Assembly: GCA_964551115.1 (NCBI GenBank)
Contig: CAZKBE010000001.1
Location: forward strand, 866-64,865
DNA length: 64,000 bases
Source: Candidatus Woesearchaeota archaeon
Lineage (GTDB): Archaea; Nanobdellota; Nanobdellia; Pacearchaeales; GW2011-AR1
Direction: 5' to 3'
Shown: positions 18,607 through 27,905 of the stretch, piece by piece
Layout: the number at the start of each line of letters is the position of its first letter
How positions within the stretch are numbered: the first letter of the stretch is position 1
The notes under the pieces: model-generated
What the model saw: only the letters and a program-made list of their open reading frames with translations
Told to the model about the DNA's origin: nothing
Databases searched by the model: none
Translations under genes and position numbers: made by a program

Positions 18607-18856
18607 ATTTTACTAACGTTCTGAGCATATTTAAAGTTTTGGTGATAAGGAAGCGAAGATGGTTTAAGGATTAGCTATAAGTATTTCTTTAATTGAAAAG
18701 AGATATTTCGATCTGGAGTTCGTTCTTACTGTTTATATGGTCTATATAATCGACTTAAATAAAATAACTGTATCTACTCTTCATGGACGAAAATGTTAAG
18801 AAAGGTTTAAAAGCGGCGATAAACTGTAAAATATACATTAGAAAATATATATTAAT

Positions 18857-19141
18857 ATGGCAGACAAAAAAATACAGGAAGATAATTTTGAACTTTTCTT
18901 TAGGAGAAAACCAGCAATGATGTTGATTGCTTTAAGAAGGGTGACTAAGGCGAGATATGGCTCTGTTTTAGCTAAAGAAGTTGATTGTACTTATTCTCAT
19001 GCTGTAAAGATATTGCAGATCTTAGAGAAAATTGGTTTAGTTGTTTTTGAAAAGAAAGGTAGGATTAAGATAATCAAATTAACAAAGAAAGGGCATGAAG
19101 TTGCAGGTTTTATTGAATCCATAAAGAATTTGATTGAGTAA
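18857..19141 (+). CDS. small winged-helix DNA-binding protein
   Basis: 94 aa. The stretch AKEVDCTYSHAVKILQILEKIGLVVFEKKGR has an HTH-wing pattern. Confidence 0.45.
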   Translation: MADKKIQEDNFELFFRRKPAMMLIALRRVTKARYGSVLAKEVDCTYSHAVKILQILEKIGLVVFEKKGRIKIIKLTKKGHEVAGFIESIKNLIE

Positions 19142-19322
19142 TTTGGTCTTCTTTTATAGCTTGGTTTTATTCATTTGCAGGAGATTTAACGGTTAGATAA
19201 TTATCAAAAAACATTAGTTTTTTAAACCAAGGTTTTGTTTGATTACTAATGACTTTGTAGATTTTACAATGGATTGCCTCTGTAAGGAGATTATCTTTTG
19301 TAGATACTACGTTGTTAGAATC

Positions 19323-19397
19323 GGCCCCATAGCTCAGCCCGGTTAGAGTACTGGACTTTTAATCCAGGTGTCGAGGGTTCAAATCCCTCTGGGGTCA
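19323..19397 (+). tRNA. tRNA-Lys (anticodon UUU)
   Basis: Acceptor GGCCCCA/TGGGGTC (one G-U), D-arm GCTC-AGCCCGGTTA-GAGT, anticodon stem CTGGA/TCCAG with loop CTTTTAA, T-arm GAGGG-TTCAAAT-CCCTC, discriminator A. 75 nt. Confidence 0.85.
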
Positions 19398-19506
19398 TTC
19401 TTTTTTTTGAGGGATTTAGAATTTATCTGGGGCGTTTTTTGTTTTTGAGTTTTTTTTAGTTGGCACAATTTATCTTTAGAATCGGAGACATTTCCATGAG
19501 GCAAAT

Positions 19507-19514
19507 ATTTATAA
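19507..19514 (+). promoter_or_regulatory. TATA-box-like element (tttataaa) ~23 bp upstream of the EF-2 ATG
   Basis: Archaeal TATA consensus in an intergenic region. Spacing suggests a leaderless or very short-leader mRNA. Confidence 0.35.
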
Positions 19515-19536
19515 ACCACTTTTCAAAAGAAATGTT

Positions 19537-21732
19537 ATGGCTACAGGCGAGAAAAATTTTGAGAAGATCAAGAGAATTATGCGAGATCAGAATACTATTA
19601 GGAATATAGCTACTTCTGCACATATTCACCATGGTAAAACTGCCTTTACAGATAATCTTTTAGCTGTGGCTGGTAAGATTGCTGCAAAGAATGCTGGTGA
19701 TTTGGAAGAGGGTATGGCAACTTGGCAACATGCAGATGAACAAGAGAGATTATTGACTGTAGACTCTGCTAATACTTCTATGGTTCATGATTATGACGGT
19801 AAAGAATATTTAGTTAATCTTATTGATACTCCCGGGCATGTTGATTTCTCTGGGAATGTTACAAGGGCAATGAGAGCTGTTGACGGAACAATTGTTTTAG
19901 TTTGTGCATCTGAGGGAATAATGCCTCAAACAGAAACTGTTCTAAAACAAGCATTAAGAGAAAGAGTAAAACCTGTTTTGTTTATCAATAAGGTAGATCG
20001 TTTGATTAAAGAATTGAAAGTCACACCACAACAAATGCAAGAAAGATTTGTGAAGATTATCAATGAATTTAATTCTTTAGTTGCTAATATTGCCGAAACC
20101 GAATATAAGGATAAATGGCAAGTTAATGTTAATGATGGCAGTGTTGCTTTTGGTTCAGCAAGAGACAATTGGGCCTTGACTATTCCATTTATGAAAAAGA
20201 AAGGAGTTTCATTCTCCGATATCTATAAAATTTATGATGATAAATTGTCTGAAGAAGAAAGAAAAGACTGGGTTTGGAAAAATGCTTCTTTATTCGAATC
20301 TATGATGGATGTAGTAGTTAAGCATTTACCTTCTCCTTTAGAGGCTCAAAGATATAGGGTTGCTAAAATTTGGAAAGGAGATTTAGATAGCGAGTTTGGA
20401 AAGGGAATGACTAGCTGTAGTCAAGAGGGAGAAACGGCATTTATTATTACAAGAATTGTTATTGAACCAAGATCTGGAAAGGAAATTTGTGCAGGAAGAC
20501 TTTGGTCGGGTAGTTTGAAGATGGGTCAAGAAGTTTATTTAAATTTAGCAGAGAAAAAACAGAGAATACAACAAGTTTTAGTCTATGATGGTATTAAACC
20601 TGAATTAGTTGATGAAGTTACTGCAGGGAATATTTGTGCTATTGCTGGTGTTAATGCAGAACCTGGAGAAACAATTACTCTTAGTGTTCAACAACCATTT
20701 GAAGAGATGAAACAGATCTTTCAACCAGTAATCACCAAAGCTATCACCGTTGAAAAATCTATGGATTTGCCAAAATTAATTGAAGTTTTAAGAAAAGTTG
20801 CTAAAGAAGATCCCTCAATTAAGATAGAGATTAATGAAGAGACTGGGGAAAATCTTATGTCTGGTATGGGTGAATTACATCTAGAAATTGTTGAAAATAG
20901 AATTAAGACTGAAAAAGGAGTAGAAGTAAAAACTTCTCAACCAATTATTGTTTATAGGGAAACTGTTACTCGAGTTTCTGGACCTACGGAAGGAAGATCT
21001 CCAAATAAACACAATAGCTTATTCTTTAATGTTGAACCTTTAGAACCTGAAGTTGCAGCAGCAATAGAAAAAGGAGAAATTTCTGAAGGAAGAGTTAAGA
21101 AAAAAGATGATAAGTTATGGAGTGCTTTGACTACTGTTGGAGTTTCAAACGAAGAAGCTAGACAATATAGAAACGTCTTCCAGGGAAATGTTTTCTTAGA
21201 TAAAACTAAGGGTGAAGTTTATATGATTGAAATTATAGAACTTATTTTGGATGCCTTTGAGATGGTTATGAAAGCTGGACCACTTTCAAGAGAACCTTGT
21301 ACAAATCTTAAGATTTCTTTAGCTGATGTAAAGCTTCACGAGGATGCAATTCATAGAGGTCCGGCACAAGTTTATCCAGCAGTTAGAGAGGCATTACAAG
21401 AAGCATTCAAAAAGGCAACACCTGTACTGTTTGAACCTGTTCAGACGCATGTTATTGAAGTTCCAACAGAATTTATGGGTGAAGTTACAAAGTTAGTTAC
21501 TCAGAAAAGAGGACAAATGATCGACGCTAAACAGGAAGGAATTTTCTCGTTTATTAAAGCTAGATTACCTGTTGCAGAGATGATTGGTTGGTCTTCTGAT
21601 TTAAGAAGCGCTACAGGTGGAAGAGGAGTTTCTAGTTTGATGGATCAGGCCTTTGAGAGAATGCCTAATGAATTACAGCAAAGAGTCATTAGACAGATCA
21701 GAGAAAGAAAAGGTTTAGCTGAGAATCAATAA
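19537..21732 (+). CDS. fusA: translation elongation factor 2 (aEF-2)
   Basis: G-domain motifs (IRNIATSAHIHHGKTAFTDNLL, DTPGHVDF, NKVDR). 731 aa. Carries the EF-2 domain IV/V region with the diphthamide-loop His context. Confidence 0.95.
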   Translation: MATGEKNFEKIKRIMRDQNTIRNIATSAHIHHGKTAFTDNLLAVAGKIAAKNAGDLEEGMATWQHADEQERLLTVDSANTSMVHDYDGKEYLVNLIDTPGHVDFSGNVTRAMRAVDGTIVLVCASEGIMPQTETVLKQALRERVKPVLFINKVDRLIKELKVTPQQMQERFVKIINEFNSLVANIAETEYKDKWQVNVNDGSVAFGSARDNWALTIPFMKKKGVSFSDIYKIYDDKLSEEERKDWVWKNASLFESMMDVVVKHLPSPLEAQRYRVAKIWKGDLDSEFGKGMTSCSQEGETAFIITRIVIEPRSGKEICAGRLWSGSLKMGQEVYLNLAEKKQRIQQVLVYDGIKPELVDEVTAGNICAIAGVNAEPGETITLSVQQPFEEMKQIFQPVITKAITVEKSMDLPKLIEVLRKVAKEDPSIKIEINEETGENLMSGMGELHLEIVENRIKTEKGVEVKTSQPIIVYRETVTRVSGPTEGRSPNKHNSLFFNVEPLEPEVAAAIEKGEISEGRVKKKDDKLWSALTTVGVSNEEARQYRNVFQGNVFLDKTKGEVYMIEIIELILDAFEMVMKAGPLSREPCTNLKISLADVKLHEDAIHRGPAQVYPAVREALQEAFKKATPVLFEPVQTHVIEVPTEFMGEVTKLVTQKRGQMIDAKQEGIFSFIKARLPVAEMIGWSSDLRSATGGRGVSSLMDQAFERMPNELQQRVIRQIRERKGLAENQ

Positions 21733-21771
21733 TTTATTCATATTATTATTCTAAACGTTTATAAAAGAAGA

Positions 21772-22206
21772 TTGATTATACATTTTATGGGATGGCGTAG
21801 AGCACATTATAATCCTAATCGAGAAGATAAGCTTCAACAGGTTGTTTTTAATGAAAGAGATGGTAGAGATTTAATCTATAATAATTTTGTATTTAGGAAT
21901 CATTTCTTTGATAGTTATCGTTTGAGGGTGGATGATCCTCTCGGCTCGTCTAGATCTAATTTAGAAATTGCCGAGATTGCAAGTCATAGTTTTTTAGAAG
22001 CAGATATCCCTTCAAAACTTGGGATTCAATCTAGGATTTTGATTGATTTTCATGTACATGAAAAGGATTCCTCAAATTCTTTTGGTTTATTCTATGTGCC
22101 TATGAGAAGAGATAAATTTGATATAATGTCTGGAAGAATTTGTGTAATGACTATTTTGGATGCTAGTGAAAAGTTAAGTTATCTATATCAAACTGGAAAA
22201 ATTTAA
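21772..22206 (+). CDS. hypothetical protein
   Basis: 144 aa ORF following EF-2. No motifs recognised. Confidence 0.4.
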   Translation: MIIHFMGWRRAHYNPNREDKLQQVVFNERDGRDLIYNNFVFRNHFFDSYRLRVDDPLGSSRSNLEIAEIASHSFLEADIPSKLGIQSRILIDFHVHEKDSSNSFGLFYVPMRRDKFDIMSGRICVMTILDASEKLSYLYQTGKI

Positions 22207-22224
22207 GACGCCATCGAACATTCT

Positions 22225-22452
22225 TTATTCTCGTATTTCTTTTCTTAATTCATCTAAGGTTTCTAATTTTATATTTTCTAATGCTCGTTTGGGTTTTTCG
22301 GTTGGTGCTAATGAAGCAGGGAAAAAGTGTTTTGCATAAATTTGAACAATAAATCCCAATGCTTGATTTTTATTTTTCATACCATATTTTGCCTTAACCA
22401 TATTTACAATTCTGTTTTCTTTTTCACTAAGTTTTATTATATTTTGCACCAT
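22225..22452 (-). CDS. small putative DNA-binding protein (RHH/antitoxin-like?)
   Basis: 75 aa. Has the beta-strand/helix pattern of small dimeric DNA binders. Lies 1 nt downstream of a small zinc-ribbon gene on the same strand. Confidence 0.35.
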   Translation of the reverse strand: MVQNIIKLSEKENRIVNMVKAKYGMKNKNQALGFIVQIYAKHFFPASLAPTEKPKRALENIKLETLDELRKEIRE

Positions 22453-22453
22453 G

Positions 22454-22603
22454 TTAGTTAAAATCTTTTATAATTTTATTATAGCAGCTCTTACAAAGAT
22501 GAAATTTTCTAACTTTCTCTTCTTTGTCGGGCGGGCTAAGAAGAATTCCTCCGAAATCGCTAAGTTCTTCCTTACATAACTTGCACAAGGGTTTGATTGC
22601 CAT
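22454..22603 (-). CDS. small zinc-ribbon protein (49 aa), not in ORF track
   Basis: Manual minus-strand translation MAIKPLCKLCKEELSDFGGILLSPPDKEEKVRKFHLCKSCYNKIIKDFN. Two CxxC pairs. Stop at 22454..22456, immediately before the start of the 22225..22452 gene. Confidence 0.4.
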   Translation of the reverse strand: MAIKPLCKLCKEELSDFGGILLSPPDKEEKVRKFHLCKSCYNKIIKDFN

Positions 22604-22727
22604 TTTATAATAATTTATAATAATTTGTTATATTTAAACCTTCCTAACGATAGGTTTTTAAAGCAATTTATCACTAATTTTATGTGTCGAAAGGCATAAC
22701 TTTTAACTAAATTAATATAAAAAAGAA

Positions 22728-24014
22728 ATGGCTAAACAAAAACCAATTATGAATGTTGTCTTCGTGGGACATGTAGATGCAGGAAAATCAACTACTATCG
22801 GTCAGTTGTTCTTTCAAGCAGGTATTTTGTCTCCTCAAGAGTTAGCAAAACTCAAAGAAGAAGCAGCAAAGAATGGTAAAGCAGGTTTTGAGTTTGCTTA
22901 TTTCATGGATACTATCAAGGAAGAGAGAGAAAGAGGAGTTACTATCGACTTGAACTACAAGAAGATAATGACTCAGAACTTCGAGGTTACTGTTATTGAT
23001 GCTCCAGGACACAGAGATTTTGTTAAAAACATGATCACTGGTGCTTCTCAAGCTGATGCAGCTTTCCTAGTTGTCTCTGCTCCAAGTGGTGTTCAAGAGC
23101 AAACAAAAGAACATTTGTGGTTGTTAAGAACTATGGGCGTTAAACAAATAGCTATTCTTGTTAACAAGATGGATATGATTGACTTTGATGAAGCAAAGTT
23201 TAATCAAATCAAAGTTGATGCAGGTAATTTATTGAAATCTGTTGGATTTAATCCAGACACTATTTCATTTATTGCAGCATCCGGTTTACAAGGAATAAAT
23301 ATTGCTAAGAAATCTGAACAGATGCCTTGGTATAAAGGACCTACAGTTCTAGAACAAATCGACAAATTTCCTGCACCTGAGAAACCAACAGGTTTACCAA
23401 TGAGAATGGCTATCCAAGACGTGTATGAAATTACAGGTATTGGAACTGTTCCAGTAGGTAAAGTTGAAACAGGCATCATGAAACCTGGACAGAAGGTTAT
23501 AATCCTTCCAGGAAGAAGTGGTGTTGGTGTACCAGGGGAAATTAAGAGTATTGAAGCCCATCATGAGCAATTACCAGAAGCAGAAGCTGGTGACAATGTC
23601 GGTGTTAACATTAGGGGTGTTGGCAAGAAAGATATTGCACGAGGAGATGTTATCTGTGATGCAGCTTATCCAGCAAAGATTGTTGAAGAATTTACTGCTC
23701 AAATAGCGGTAATTAATCACCCAACAGTTATTGCTAAGGGTTATACTCCAGTTTTCCATGTACATACAGCTCAGATACCATGCCAATTCGTGGAACTAGT
23801 TTCAAAATTAGATCCTAGAACTGGTCAAGTAGCACAGGATCATCCAGACTTCTTGAAGAATGGAGATGTCGCTATTGTAAAACTTAAGCCTATTGGAAAC
23901 CTTGTGCTAGAAACAGCAGAAGCAAATCCACATATGGCTAGGTTCGCAATTAGAGACGCTGGCGTTACAGTAGCTGCAGGCGTTTGTAAATCACTTATAG
24001 AAAAGAAGAAGTAA
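22728..24014 (+). CDS. tuf: translation elongation factor 1-alpha (aEF-1alpha/EF-Tu)
   Basis: GHVDAGKST (G1), DAPGHRDF (G3), NKMD (G4). 428 aa. Confidence 0.95.
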   Translation: MAKQKPIMNVVFVGHVDAGKSTTIGQLFFQAGILSPQELAKLKEEAAKNGKAGFEFAYFMDTIKEERERGVTIDLNYKKIMTQNFEVTVIDAPGHRDFVKNMITGASQADAAFLVVSAPSGVQEQTKEHLWLLRTMGVKQIAILVNKMDMIDFDEAKFNQIKVDAGNLLKSVGFNPDTISFIAASGLQGINIAKKSEQMPWYKGPTVLEQIDKFPAPEKPTGLPMRMAIQDVYEITGIGTVPVGKVETGIMKPGQKVIILPGRSGVGVPGEIKSIEAHHEQLPEAEAGDNVGVNIRGVGKKDIARGDVICDAAYPAKIVEEFTAQIAVINHPTVIAKGYTPVFHVHTAQIPCQFVELVSKLDPRTGQVAQDHPDFLKNGDVAIVKLKPIGNLVLETAEANPHMARFAIRDAGVTVAAGVCKSLIEKKK

Positions 24015-24021
24015 TTCTTCT

Positions 24022-24054
24022 AAGCCGATAAATTCGGCTTTTTTTATTTTTTTA
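24022..24054 (+). terminator. hairpin plus T-tract terminator downstream of EF-1alpha
   Basis: Perfect inverted repeat AAGCCGA-TAAAT-TCGGCTT followed by TTTTTTTATTTTTTT. Archaeal termination occurs at oligo-T runs. Confidence 0.5.
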
Positions 24055-24198
24055 TCCTTTTATTATTAAGGATTTTTAGGATTAATTTTATTCAGAGTTT
24101 TTATACCCTTTATTTATAGAGCATATTTAATCTTTAAAGTACTAACTAGTTTTGTTTATTGTTAAAATAAATCAATAAAAAATAAAAATCTTACGAAC

Positions 24199-24396
24199 TT
24201 ATTTGAAAGCTCTTATTAATGTCCAGATACCGGCGATAGCTATTACAACATAAACTATTGTAGCTAATAATGGAGACCAGCTACCAATTAGCTTTCCCAC
24301 CAAATTCCAACCGAATCTTGTAGGGACCCAATTAATTGCTCCAATACATGCAAGTACTAAAGCAGTTGTATCCCAGACATTATTTCCTTTTGCCAT
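24199..24396 (-). CDS. DUF378-like small membrane protein
   Basis: 65 aa with two TM helices. ALVLACIGAINWVPTRFGWNLVGKLIG resembles the DUF378 core. Confidence 0.55.
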   Translation of the reverse strand: MAKGNNVWDTTALVLACIGAINWVPTRFGWNLVGKLIGSWSPLLATIVYVVIAIAGIWTLIRAFK

Positions 24397-24711
24397 TTTT
24401 ATACCCTCTTTTTAATTAGAGATATAAGGATTGGCCAATATATAAATCCTTCTTTTTCATGTAATTAAAAAATTCCATTTTTATGCGAAATATGACTGTT
24501 GGATATCCTTGAATAAATAATTCAATTGAGTGTACTATCAATAAGACATTTAGAACTGTAGATTATTCTAAGGAGTTGATGAACGAAAAAATAATCGAAA
24601 AGTCTAAATGTTTGAGAAGAACATTGGAATATAAATTAAACGAAGATAATTATCATTTCTTAAGACTAGTTTAAGGACAAGATTTTTAAAGCGATCTTTA
24701 CATATTATTCT

Positions 24712-25917
24712 ATGTTTCCCTTTAATAATCTACACATGTTATTATTGACTTGTTTTATTCTTTTAGTATTAGTTTTTGTTCTAATAGACTTTAGCAAAAA
24801 AAGACGTCTCATCTCTCTTCCGTCACTTTCTTTTATTGTTCCCTGTTATAATTCTGCCGAGACTATTAAAAATGCTATTTTGAGCATCTATAGGTCTTAT
24901 GAATTTGCTAAAATTGATATGATAGTCATAGATGATAATAGTAAAGATAATACTTTAAATATTTTAAGGATTTTGAATAAAAAATATCCTTTTAGGCTTA
25001 TTACTAATTCTAGGAATCTTGGTAAGACCAATTCGATTAACAAGTATTCTTCTTTAGTTAAAAACGAAATATTCTTTGTAGTTGATTCTGATATGGAAAT
25101 TAATGGTTCTGCAATTAAAGATATTCTTTCTAGGTTTCAATCTAATTCGAATGTTGGAGCCGTTAGTTGTCCTTATAAGATAAAGGAAAAAAGTATTTTT
25201 GCTAAAATGCAGGAAATGGAATATAATATGATGTCTCTAATATTAATCTCCTGTAATCACTTTTCTGCAATGTCTTTATGGGGGGGGTGTCTTGCAGTAA
25301 AAAAATCTATATTTAAACAGGTCGGTAAGTTTTCTAAAAATATGCTTACAGAAGATGTAGACCTAGCGTTTAAGATTACTAAGGCGGGTTACAAGGTTGA
25401 GCACTCCAGGGTAGGGGTTATAACTCATGCTCCTTTAGATTTTATTAAATTTTTACGACAGAAAGGTAGGTGGATATCTGGTGGAACGCAATGTTATATA
25501 AAACACATAGGGGTTTGGATTAAACATCCAATACAAGTGATTTTTCTTGTATTTTACTCTTTAATGGCGTTAATGTTTGTAATGTTTGTAATTAGAAGCT
25601 TAATCGATTTAAATAATCTGTTAGATTCTTATCAGGCTATCTTACAAACCTCTTCATTGCTTAGTAATTTAGAGATGGTTGGTTTTATTGGTTTATTTGA
25701 TATTTTAAGAAATTTTTTAGTAGGGATTTCTTTTTCTTTTTATTCTGCTCTTTATGTAGTTCCAATGATAAAAACGAGGAAGGATCTTTCTAAATTATTT
25801 TTAGTTTTCCCTTATTCTCTATTCTATTGGCCCATGATCTCTTTATTTTCTATATATTGGATTAGTCGAGCTTTTGTTTCTATGTTTTTTCTTAATAATA
25901 AGGTAAGGGCTTGGTGA
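24712..25917 (+). CDS. family-2 glycosyltransferase with N- and C-terminal transmembrane segments (processive/synthase-like)
   Basis: FIVPCYNSAETIKNAI...VIDDNSKDNT (GT-A DXD region), VVDSDMEI, and a C-terminal cluster of TM helices with a QxxRW-like RQKGRW motif. Confidence 0.75.
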   Translation: MFPFNNLHMLLLTCFILLVLVFVLIDFSKKRRLISLPSLSFIVPCYNSAETIKNAILSIYRSYEFAKIDMIVIDDNSKDNTLNILRILNKKYPFRLITNSRNLGKTNSINKYSSLVKNEIFFVVDSDMEINGSAIKDILSRFQSNSNVGAVSCPYKIKEKSIFAKMQEMEYNMMSLILISCNHFSAMSLWGGCLAVKKSIFKQVGKFSKNMLTEDVDLAFKITKAGYKVEHSRVGVITHAPLDFIKFLRQKGRWISGGTQCYIKHIGVWIKHPIQVIFLVFYSLMALMFVMFVIRSLIDLNNLLDSYQAILQTSSLLSNLEMVGFIGLFDILRNFLVGISFSFYSALYVVPMIKTRKDLSKLFLVFPYSLFYWPMISLFSIYWISRAFVSMFFLNNKVRAW

Positions 25918-25963
25918 ACTACCTGTTAGAAAGAATTTTAAACTCTATTTAATTTGCATTTTT

Positions 25964-27661
25964 ATGAAAGACATTATTATAGAGATATTAGAAAAGACAT
26001 TAAATGGAAAGATCAAAAAAGAGGATATAGCGAGTCTTATTGAGATTCCCCCTCAACAAGATATGGGGGATTATGCCTTTCCTTGTTTTTCTTTAGCAAA
26101 AATTGAAAAAAAGAGTCCCCTTTTGATTGCAGAAGAATTAATGCAAAAATTAAGGAAGAATTTAGTGAAAGAGATTTCCGGAGTTGAGGTTAAATCTGCG
26201 TATCTCAACTTTTTTATAGATAAAAAGTTTTTAACCGATAAGATTTTGAAGGAAGCCATTAAGAAGGATTATGGTGTAATTAAAAAGAAGAAGTCTCTTA
26301 AAATTGTTGTAGATTATTCTTGTCCGAATGCAGGAAAACCTATGCACATTGGCCATATTAGATCAACGGTAATTGGAGATTCGATTTGTAGATTAACCGC
26401 TAAAAATGGAGATATATCTATTGGGATAAATTATTTAGGGGACATAGGCCTTCATATTGGTAAATTAATTGTTGCTTGGGAACTTTGGCTTGATAAAACT
26501 AAATTGAAAGAAAATCCGACAAAGGAATTATTGAGATTATATGTAGAATTTTGTAAAAATGAAAAATCTGAGATAAGAGAAGGAACTGAAGAAGATGAAT
26601 ATGCTAATAATGAATGGACTCAAAAAGCAAGAGATAAATTAAAACTAATAGAAGAAGGAGATAAAAAAGCAAACAAAATTTGGGAAGAAATAAAAGAAGC
26701 ATCGGTTAAGGGTTTTGATAGAGTCTATAAAAAATTAGACATAGCCTTTGATGAGATAACTGGACAAAGTAATTTTACAGACATAGGAAAAGAAGTCGTA
26801 TCTAAGGGTGTTAGGGGAGGGATCTTTAAAACTGAAAAGGATGGTGCAGTTTATATAGAACTTGGTGAGCAAAAAAAATATGTTCTAAGGGGAAACGGTA
26901 CAGCGTTTTACATGACTCAAGATTTAGGTGCAGCCGTAGATCGGTCTAGAAAGTATCATTTCGATAGGATGGTTTATGTTACAGACTATCGACAAAAGCT
27001 TCATTTTAAACAACTCTTCGAAATCCTTAAAAAACTAGGGCATGATTTTTCAAGGAATTGTAGTCATATTGGCTTTGGCACAATAAATTTTGGTAGTGAA
27101 ATTATGGCTACTCGCGAAGGAAAGGTTGTATTGCTTGAAGAGGTTATAGATAAGGTTACAGAGAAGGTTAAACTTCAAAATAAAATGCGAAGTTCTAATG
27201 CAGATCCACTTGCCATTTCTATCGCAGCATTAAAGTATGCAATTTTAAGGATTGAATCTTCAAAAGATGTGGAGTTTAGCTGGGAAAGAGCTTTGGAATT
27301 TGAAGGAAATACCGGACCTTATTTATTGTATTCATATGCTAGAGCATCTTCTATTCTTAGAAAAGTTAAAAAAAATAAGAAGAAAATGGAGATATTTGAT
27401 TTAGGTCCACAAGAGATTGCCTTAATAAAAAAAATTGCTGAATTTCCTGAAATTGTCTTGAAAGCTTATGAGCAATTAGCTCCAAATTTAGTAGCTAATT
27501 ATTCCTATGATCTTGCTCAAATCTTTAATGAATTCTATCATGCTCACCAAGTTATCGGAAGTAAAGAAGAGAATTTTAGACTAAAATTGATTATGGCTTT
27601 TAGAAATACATTGAAAAACTCTTTAGCTTTATTGGGAATTGGTGTTTTGGAAGAGATGTAA
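25964..27661 (+). CDS. argS: arginyl-tRNA synthetase (class I)
   Basis: DYSCPNAGKPMHIGHIRSTVIGD (HIGH region typical of ArgRS). C-terminal DALR-type anticodon-binding region. 565 aa. Confidence 0.85.
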   Translation: MKDIIIEILEKTLNGKIKKEDIASLIEIPPQQDMGDYAFPCFSLAKIEKKSPLLIAEELMQKLRKNLVKEISGVEVKSAYLNFFIDKKFLTDKILKEAIKKDYGVIKKKKSLKIVVDYSCPNAGKPMHIGHIRSTVIGDSICRLTAKNGDISIGINYLGDIGLHIGKLIVAWELWLDKTKLKENPTKELLRLYVEFCKNEKSEIREGTEEDEYANNEWTQKARDKLKLIEEGDKKANKIWEEIKEASVKGFDRVYKKLDIAFDEITGQSNFTDIGKEVVSKGVRGGIFKTEKDGAVYIELGEQKKYVLRGNGTAFYMTQDLGAAVDRSRKYHFDRMVYVTDYRQKLHFKQLFEILKKLGHDFSRNCSHIGFGTINFGSEIMATREGKVVLLEEVIDKVTEKVKLQNKMRSSNADPLAISIAALKYAILRIESSKDVEFSWERALEFEGNTGPYLLYSYARASSILRKVKKNKKKMEIFDLGPQEIALIKKIAEFPEIVLKAYEQLAPNLVANYSYDLAQIFNEFYHAHQVIGSKEENFRLKLIMAFRNTLKNSLALLGIGVLEEM

Positions 27662-27816
27662 AAATCTTCTTTTTGTTTACATATTATCTCATTTTTGTTT
27701 AGTTCTTTATTTAGGTACTTCTTTTTTAATGAACCTATATAATAGTAACATTTATATACTCTCCAAAAATCTTATTTATACAGAAAAACTACAAATTAAA
27801 ATTTGTAATAGCTTTC

Positions 27817-27890
27817 TTTTGGAGATAAATGCTAGTATTGCTTCTATCTCCCCAAAACAGGGAACACTTGGTTTTGGAGATAGAAATGCT
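27817..27890 (+). repeat. direct repeat (TTTTGGAGATARAAATGCT x2) with an internal hairpin in the leader of the DEAD-box helicase gene
   Basis: Copy 1 at 27817..27833, copy 2 at 27872..27890. GGAGATA (27821..27827) pairs with TATCTCC (27845..27851). Confidence 0.5.
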
Positions 27891-27905
27891 CTTTCTGAAC
27901 ACAAA

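Noticed and set aside
22681-22727. AT-rich tract (attaatataaaaaa) immediately upstream of tuf as a TATA box
   Set aside because: It is too close to the start codon (<15 bp) for archaeal TATA spacing. It is more likely part of the leader or an alternative start context.
27639-27905. N-terminal 89 codons of the ORF-track DEAD-box helicase model
   Set aside because: They overlap the end of argS. They are hydrophobic/low-complexity and contain the leader repeats. The canonical helicase N-terminus begins at Met90 (27906).
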